This document shows positions 57,501 through 64,000 of a stretch of DNA of 64,000 nt, piece by piece (the stretch's first letter is position 1; the number at the start of each line of letters is the position of its first letter). Below the pieces are notes generated by a model, which searched no databases, was not told the DNA's origin, and worked only from the letters and a program-made list of their open reading frames with translations. The stretch is from Lepidodermella squamata (Eukaryota > Animalia > Gastrotricha). The translations under genes and the position numbers were made by a program. The DNA is taken from the NCBI GenBank assembly GCA_047495785.1, contig JBLDXI010000073.1:372001-436000 (forward strand). The letters are read 5' to 3'.

Positions 57501-59489
57501 TTTGTACCTGCGTGAATAACTACTACGGATCGCGATGCACGCAATGTGAGGCTAGCAATCTTTCGATACCATCTCATACCTAGTTTTTTCTCCAGTTTCC
57601 TGCGTTAAAACCTGCCAGAACGGCGGCACGTGCACAGCCCCGAACACTTGTACCTGCGCTGCTGGATGGAAAGGAGAGGACTGCACTACAGGTATTGAGC
57701 TCATCTTGAAGCATTGGCCATTCAGTCGATTTTCAATTATTTACAGCCATTTGCAATTCACCTTGCCAGAACGGAGGTACTTGCATCGCTCCGAACACAT
57801 GCAAGTGCGATGCTGGATGGAGAGGGGCTACTTGTTCCCAAAGTAAGTACCTTCGTAGTTTGCCATGGAAACGAGAGACTTATAGGTGTATCTTTCATTC
57901 AGCCAAGTACTATTTATCCGCTAGCTCAACTAATTTCCGCGATGCTACGAATTACTGTGAGACATCAAGCAGCCGCGCTGCTGTGATTTACTCGCAAGGT
58001 GAATGGGACAAGGCGAAGATCAGCTTGGGGGGTGAAAGCCAAGTTTGGATTGCGCTATCGGCTGGTTTCCGCTGGGTCTACGACAACTCGGCAGTTGGGT
58101 TATCGAATATTTGGGCAGGCGGTGAGCCGAGTGGTGATGGCAGCTGTAAGTTTGAGCAGTAGCCACCCTGGTATTCAAATTTCATGAGCTTCTCTATCTC
58201 AATGGCCAAATCATCGCTTACCATTTACCAAACTGTCTGGCTGAAGGCTGAGAATCTATTACTGAATTGATATTCAACTTTCACGCTAGCTTGCTTACAC
58301 TTTCCAGATTCATCCATACCCCTCATTGAATTCCCTCAACAACAAATATTAGGATCAGTGAGTCCCTTCCACCACTTAACGATAAATTACGGGGAAAAGT
58401 CCAATACAACTCGGTAAGCCCCTTAGGTGAAAATATTTCTGAGATTCTATGGTCAGTATGGCTTGATCAAAATTCATTAGAATTACCATCAAATTTGAAT
58501 TCATTTTATGTAACTCCATGTAAATCGCTGAAAATTCTGACGACACCTTTCAAACCTCGAAAACCGATGAAGATTAAATCCGAATTTATCGACAGATTGG
58601 GATTCGTCACTTCGTCATCGATAGTAAAAAACACTGATAAAGAAAATATTTGGAGGATTCGATCCCGGAACTTCGAGCTTTGAGGCTTCGAACCGTGGAA
58701 CCTTGTGATAGACAGTGCTATAAAATAGGAGTCATGCAATCTGACTATCTATACCGAAGATCTATCGACGAGTGAAAACATTTCCTCATGGTTATGAAGT
58801 TTATAAGTTAGTTGACGAATGAAAAAATGACGAATACTCATTAAAGGCTTCAAAGAACAAACAATCTTTTTTGATTTTTTCAGCGAGTTATCAACCTGTT
58901 GTTTATTACTTTTTTACTCTTCTATCTTCAGGTATTGAACTTAATGGTGGCCTGCACGCGCTCAATGATTTACCATGCGGCAATACTCTAAAAGCACTCT
59001 GCCAAAATCCAAGCAATGTGAGAGCGTTTCTTCGTGACCATATTTAATATTGTCATTAATTTTCAATTGTCTTACCACAGGATTACGACGTGGTGGAAGT
59101 CCTTCCTACTGTTGATTGGGCTACAGCCAAAATCAATTGCGAATCACAAGGACTTAAACTTGCAATCTTGAAGACAAAACCACTAGTTGATGACATTGTG
59201 AATGGACAAGGTAAGACTGGTTGGATCGGCGGCAAGCGTCCTGATGGCAATAATTTCTACTGGTCGACGGGCGTCGCTGTCACGCCGAGCAATGTCATTC
59301 CGCCATGGGGTCCAGGCCAGCCGGAAATAAACGATAACAAGCAATGTGAGATGACATTTTTGTAATAATAATATATATTTTTAAATCGCACTTTTCGGAA
59401 ATTTAGGCGTAACGATGGACACGTCAGGTCTAATGAGCGTTGTCCGATGCAGCGACGGCTACAAGGCGCTATGCGAGTATACAAACTAA
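54586..59489 (+). CDS. Secreted protein with 17 EGF-like repeats (one per exon) and two C-type lectin domains
   Basis: Spliced signal MTLILALLYGLIGASLC. Seventeen ~93-99-nt exons C...C.NGG.C.....C.C..G(Y/W).G..C between 54786 and 57842. CTL exons 57903-58146, 58932-59017, 59081-59345 and 59407-59489. No TM segment. Confidence 0.9.
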
Positions 59490-59911
59490 CGACAGAAGCA
59501 GATGCTACTCTGATAAACAGTCGATACCTTTAAGATAATTTGAATGTATCCATTTTCAAAGTAAATACCTACAATTTATGAGCAGAGTTGGTTTTCAATC
59601 AGGTTTTCGCAACAAATTCGCAAATCGCAAAATCATGTTACAAACGAAGAATAAACAGTATATTTATTGGTTGGCCAACTTAATTAATGATCGGCACAAC
59701 CCGTTCCTGATTTGAATTGCAAGTATGGCAATTCATTCTATGCATGTCTGTGTTCGCAGTCGATCTCGGGAGAGCCCGAATACAACTCAGTCCATAGACA
59801 TTCAGGGAATTTCGACTGCGATAAGGTCCCAATTCTAGAGTAGGAATTTTACGATATCTTGCCAACAGACAATCATCAAAGCTTTCTTGAGAATACTTCG
59901 ACCAAAAGAGC

Positions 59912-60176
59912 CAGGGTGCGATCTTCGATCCCGGAGCTGCCGGGGATGGAAAAAATTTTTTTGCTGTATTTGCCAAAATGACTAGTCATTTCGGCGAATG
60001 ACCGAGCGAAGCGAGAAAATTGTGAAAATTTTCCTCTAAAGCAAGCTCCACAACCTCTCAAAATTAACGAAACAGTGGGAGAAATTCTCATTTTGCTGTC
60101 CAGCCCGGCCGAGCTGGGGGGGATGATCCCCCCCCCCCCCCCCCCCCCCCCCATCCCCCCTGAAAGTCGCACACTG
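59912..60176. mobile_element. hAT-like MITE with poly-C tract
   Basis: TIR CAG(G/T)GTGCGA; perfect 8-bp TSD AAAAGAGC. Confidence 0.9.
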
Positions 60177-61132
60177 AAAAGAGCCCAAGAGATCAGGAAT
60201 CTTATTTCAGTGGTTCTCAAACTATTGCCGTTCCCGCCAGAAATTGCGGCCGGCTGGTGATCTTTCCGGCCGCATTGCCACTTGTACCATCTATCGGCCG
60301 CTTGCAATGATAAATTACGACCGGACGCCTCTAAAATCGAAAGTCAACGTTTGTGCTTAAATTGGCGGTTTAAAGTTATTTTGCTGATAATGCCAACATT
60401 CACGAGCGACAAGAGAAAATACGTTTGCCCAATAAAAAGCGCCCGCAAATCCGAAAAAGATGCAAATGATATTCGAATTCATGAAATGTTGCGAATAGCT
60501 CAGTTCAAAAATTCTGATTTCAATACTGTTGAAAGGTTTGGATCCTGAAATGAGCAAGCGGAGCGATAAATTTTTCGGAGAAAATGGGTTTTTACACATT
60601 AATAGCGGAAAAAATGAAAAAACATGCAGGAGGGGGGGGGGGGCAAATTACAGTGGGCAGATTTTCCGCGATCGTGGGGCAGAAAACAAGTTTTCCTACC
60701 ATGGCGAAACTGGTAGGCGCCTTCGAATAGAGGGTCCCAAGGCCTAGAGGGTAAATGAGTCAAGAGGGATCGGACAGGTTAGAAGAAGTGCGTACCTTGA
60801 ATTCGTTTTAAGCTTGTTTGCCGTCGCGTAGCTCACTGAACGAGAGCTTTCAAAGCTACAACATAAGACTTCAGTCCGTTTCGTAGGGAAGTGTCGAGGG
60901 CATTTCTCTGTCAAGATCTGCCTCAGTGCCAGGGTCTGCTAGAATTAGAATATTATCCAACACTTCGAGAATTCATCACCATCGTGCTTTGATGGGTTGG
61001 GTTGTAGCCGAGGCAGCTTGAGTCGGCGAAGCTCGTCAGACCTTTCCAGCTAATTGATTATCAGTTGTCGATTACTTTGTTCAATCTTCCAGCTTTCGGA
61101 TGAATAAAAATTCTAAGATGTGAAACGTCATC

Positions 61133-61258
61133 CAGGGTGCGATCTTCGATCCCCGAACTCCCGGGGATGGACAATTTTTTTTTCTGTTTTTGCCAAAATG
61201 ACAATAAATTTTTGGAGATTTTCCACTGAAACACGCCCCAGAACCTTCCAAAATTAAC
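61133..61258 (+). mobile_element. Truncated copy of the 59912 MITE (left end only)
   Basis: CAGGGTGCGATCTTCGATCCC..CCGGGGATGGA..TTTGCCAAAATGAC is shared with the 59912 element. Confidence 0.8.
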
Positions 61259-61390
61259 AAAGTCATCCGAATTAATTAATTAATTAAAAGGCCTGATCTT
61301 ACATGTAACTGGCTGCCACTACATTACGATTTACTTGCTCAACGCCCTGGCAATTTTCCCGGTTTATTCACAGCTTATTATAATTTAAAC

Positions 61391-61972
61391 TTTGACTTTG
61401 AAAATTGCAACATCCCGAGGAGGGGCGGCGGGAGCTTCTGCCCGATTTTTTCAATTGCTCTGATCTCATTAGGCCATTTGAATGGGAACCAGACCATGCC
61501 TGGGAAGATAATAATTCATTCATTCAATCGATTTTCCTATCAAATTGGTGTTTCCTCTTGACGGTATTATGACTTGAAATTACGAAGTTTGTGACCGCTC
61601 AATCCCATTAGTTCGATGAAATTCATAAATGACAGAAGCAGGTTCGTAAAAATTATCAAAAATATTACAAATTATTTTCTGAAACTCTTCGATACCAGAA
61701 GCTTTATTGTCCTTGTCACGAAAAATTCCTCGTTGGAATTTAATTAAAATTTGAAACATAGATTTATTTTAACGTATACGGATGGCATTCTCTCGATTTA
61801 ATGGGAGCAGCCATCGACAAGACTAGCATGAAACTGGCTTCTACTACTTCACCGTTGATTTGTTCAATATCCTGGCGATTACGTGCTATATTTTAACCAT
61901 TTTTATCATTTTAATTTGACTTTGAAATCGTAACAACCCGAGGAGGGGCGGCGGAAGCTTCTGGCCGATTTT
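61391..61972 (+). repeat. ~60-bp direct repeat pair (61391-61450, 61915-61972)
   Basis: TTTGACTTTGAAA..AACA.CCCGAGGAGGGGCGGCGG.AGCTTCTG.CCGATTTT occurs twice. Confidence 0.8.
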
Positions 61973-62660
61973 CCGACTAGGCCGGCCTTCACTCCGCTGA
62001 TTTGCCAGTCGATGATTACTATTCTAATGAGATCCTACGCCTCTGCATATAAAATACTGTCGTAGACAGTAAAATTTGCCATCCTTTGTCAGTTACATGT
62101 CAATTATAAATTATAATTGATAATTATAATTATAATGGATTTTTCATGGAATTTTGCTCTGAATTAGGTGACTCAATTGAAGCATCCTCGTAGAAAATTA
62201 ATATCAATCAACTAATTTTCCTCGAGCGAGAGACAGATAAGTAAGACGTAAGACGTGACACAAATGACCCTCCCACTTGATCTTTATGCTGATTTATTTT
62301 TCATAATTTGTCACGCAATTAAAAAGGTCACGGCAAACTTATTAAATATTATGAACATTAGTAGCAAGTATATGCTTCTCACGGTACATGCGGCAAGAGA
62401 ATCAGGCTACAAGTAATATTTACTGTGAAACAATCTAAAAAGTGAAATTATCACACAGATGACCAATTCGAGAGAATTTACAGTTAAAGCAATCGCTGAA
62501 CAACAAAATAAATACAGGCAACAACAAACAATTCATACGAGTTTCCTTAATGGATGTAGATTAAATGCTATACCACAGGGGATTTACTTTGAAATTAGTT
62601 GTTTTTTTCGAAAATGCTTCGAAAATGAGCAGTGTGCTTATCGCCATTCAGGTCAGGCTG

Positions 62661-64000
62661 TTAGCTGTTTATATGCACGCACAGGGCGTTGTAGGCGTTG
62701 TTGCACCTTTCGACAGTCATTTGACCCGACGTGTCCATCGTTACGCCTGAATTATCAAAAAGCACAATGGAAAACAGTGTATACTGTAAATATTCAAATA
62801 CAAGCCCAGCGGCACTACAAAGAACATCAAAGTGCCGACAAAGAGGAGCCGCCTGGGCTTGTATTTCGGAATTCACGTTACTTATGTTACATTGAGAAAC
62901 GTTGAATATTCTTTCCACGCAAAATGTTTTTCAGTGAAATTTCTCGTTCAAGAAGCATCTTCATTTGAACGGATAGTCTCCATGAGGGGTATAACTTTCA
63001 ATAAAACGTTTTGAGTGGAAAGTGAACATTTAAGGTTGGACACTCTCAATGTAACATTTAACACTTCAACTGCCAAAGATAGACTGCGAGATCCGATATT
63101 TAGGCCCAAATCCTGATTTTGTCAAAAAGTCCCTTTTTCGAGCTAACGATGCGTCGCAGAGCAAAATGCCCGACGGCAAAATGTAAGCCTTGACTCGGCG
63201 AAAATGACAGTGAAATATCGTCGAAATTTTGGATTAGTGACCCTAGAATTGGACCTAATTATTAGACCCAGTACACTGTTTTTACAAGTTGGTTTCTGTG
63301 CGTTCTTTGAAGTCTTTTGTCCCAAGTTTGGTGTCAATAGAACCGCCGGGTCAAGGCTTACATTTTGCCGTCAGGCATTTTGCTGAATGACGCATCGCTG
63401 ACCCGAAAAAAGGACTTTTTGACGGAATCAGGATTTAGGCCTAAATATCGGATCGTGCAGTCTATTTTTGGCAGCTAGTGTTAAATACACGAAAAAACTA
63501 TGAGCTCACATTGCAGGTTAGGGTTTATTTCTGGCTGACCCGGTGCCCACGGCGGGATGGTATTGCTCGGCGCGACAGCGAGGCCCGTAGACCAGTAGAA
63601 ATTGTCGCCATCGGGACGCTTCCCGCCAATCCACGCAGAAAAAACCCCACGAGCATTCAGTACATTGATTGCTGACTGCGCAAGCGACGTTGTCTTGATG
63701 ACAGCTAACCGCAGCCCTTGAGATTCACATGCGGCTTTGCCACCTGCCCAGTTAAAGCCACCAGTTACGACCTGCACAGCATTTTCCTAAATAAATATAA
63801 GGTGAATCCCATCAGATTGGAATCCCAGTCTCACATTGCTCGGATCCTGACAGAGTGTTGCGCCTCTAATGTCATCGCAGGGATAATCGTTGAAGCCATT
63901 AAATGGCTCTTTTATTATTTCCATACCTGAAATTAGCAACTTAACGTCTAGAACATTAATAAACATAATAACGCCTATCACTCACAACTGCCGTCACCAC
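62661..64000 (-). CDS. 3' end of a convergent paralog of the EGF/C-type-lectin gene (continues beyond the window)
   Basis: Exons ..GDGSC / ..NDYPC..LCQDPSN / CESQGLRLAV..WIGGKRPDGDNFYWSTG..QPEI..C / GVTMDTSG..ALC* mirror those at 57903-59489. Confidence 0.88.
63062..63480. mobile_element. piggyBac-like MITE in an intron
   Basis: TTAA on both sides; ~130-bp TIRs starting CACT..CTGCCAAA.ATAGACTGC..GATCCGATATTTAGGCC.AAATCCTGATT. Confidence 0.85.

Noticed and set aside
59876-60307. Poly-Gly / poly-Pro ORFs
   Set aside because: Produced by the poly-C tract inside a MITE.

Overview
Eukaryotic (animal, most likely invertebrate) genomic DNA with compact ~50-57 nt GT-AG introns; the species cannot be identified from sequence alone. 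The window is a duplication-rich cluster of cell-surface and secreted proteins. It holds six co-oriented, intronless GABA-B-like class C GPCR genes (one frameshifted), an intronless Cys-loop ligand-gated ion channel, and a transposon-disrupted class A GPCR pseudogene. It also holds two ankyrin-repeat genes (one with a signal-peptide exon) plus a templated partial copy, a NEK-like kinase and a small C2H2 zinc-finger gene. Secreted modular genes include a Cys-repeat/C-type-lectin locus and a 17-EGF + 2-C-type-lectin gene with a convergent paralog and decayed copies. Mobile DNA comprises two Mutator-like elements, several hAT MITEs, a piggyBac-like MITE and a LINE RT remnant. Most notable observations: (i) the GPCR array has lost the canonical TM3 cysteine and gained a second ECL2 cysteine in all six copies, has no C-terminal coiled coil, and has variable ligand-cleft loops, making it a candidate lineage-specific chemoreceptor family; (ii) a MULE transposase whose three introns carry the same ATCCGAC sub-repeat as its TIRs; (iii) an apparently secreted ankyrin-repeat protein. 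All coordinates and alignments were read by eye; no searches were run.
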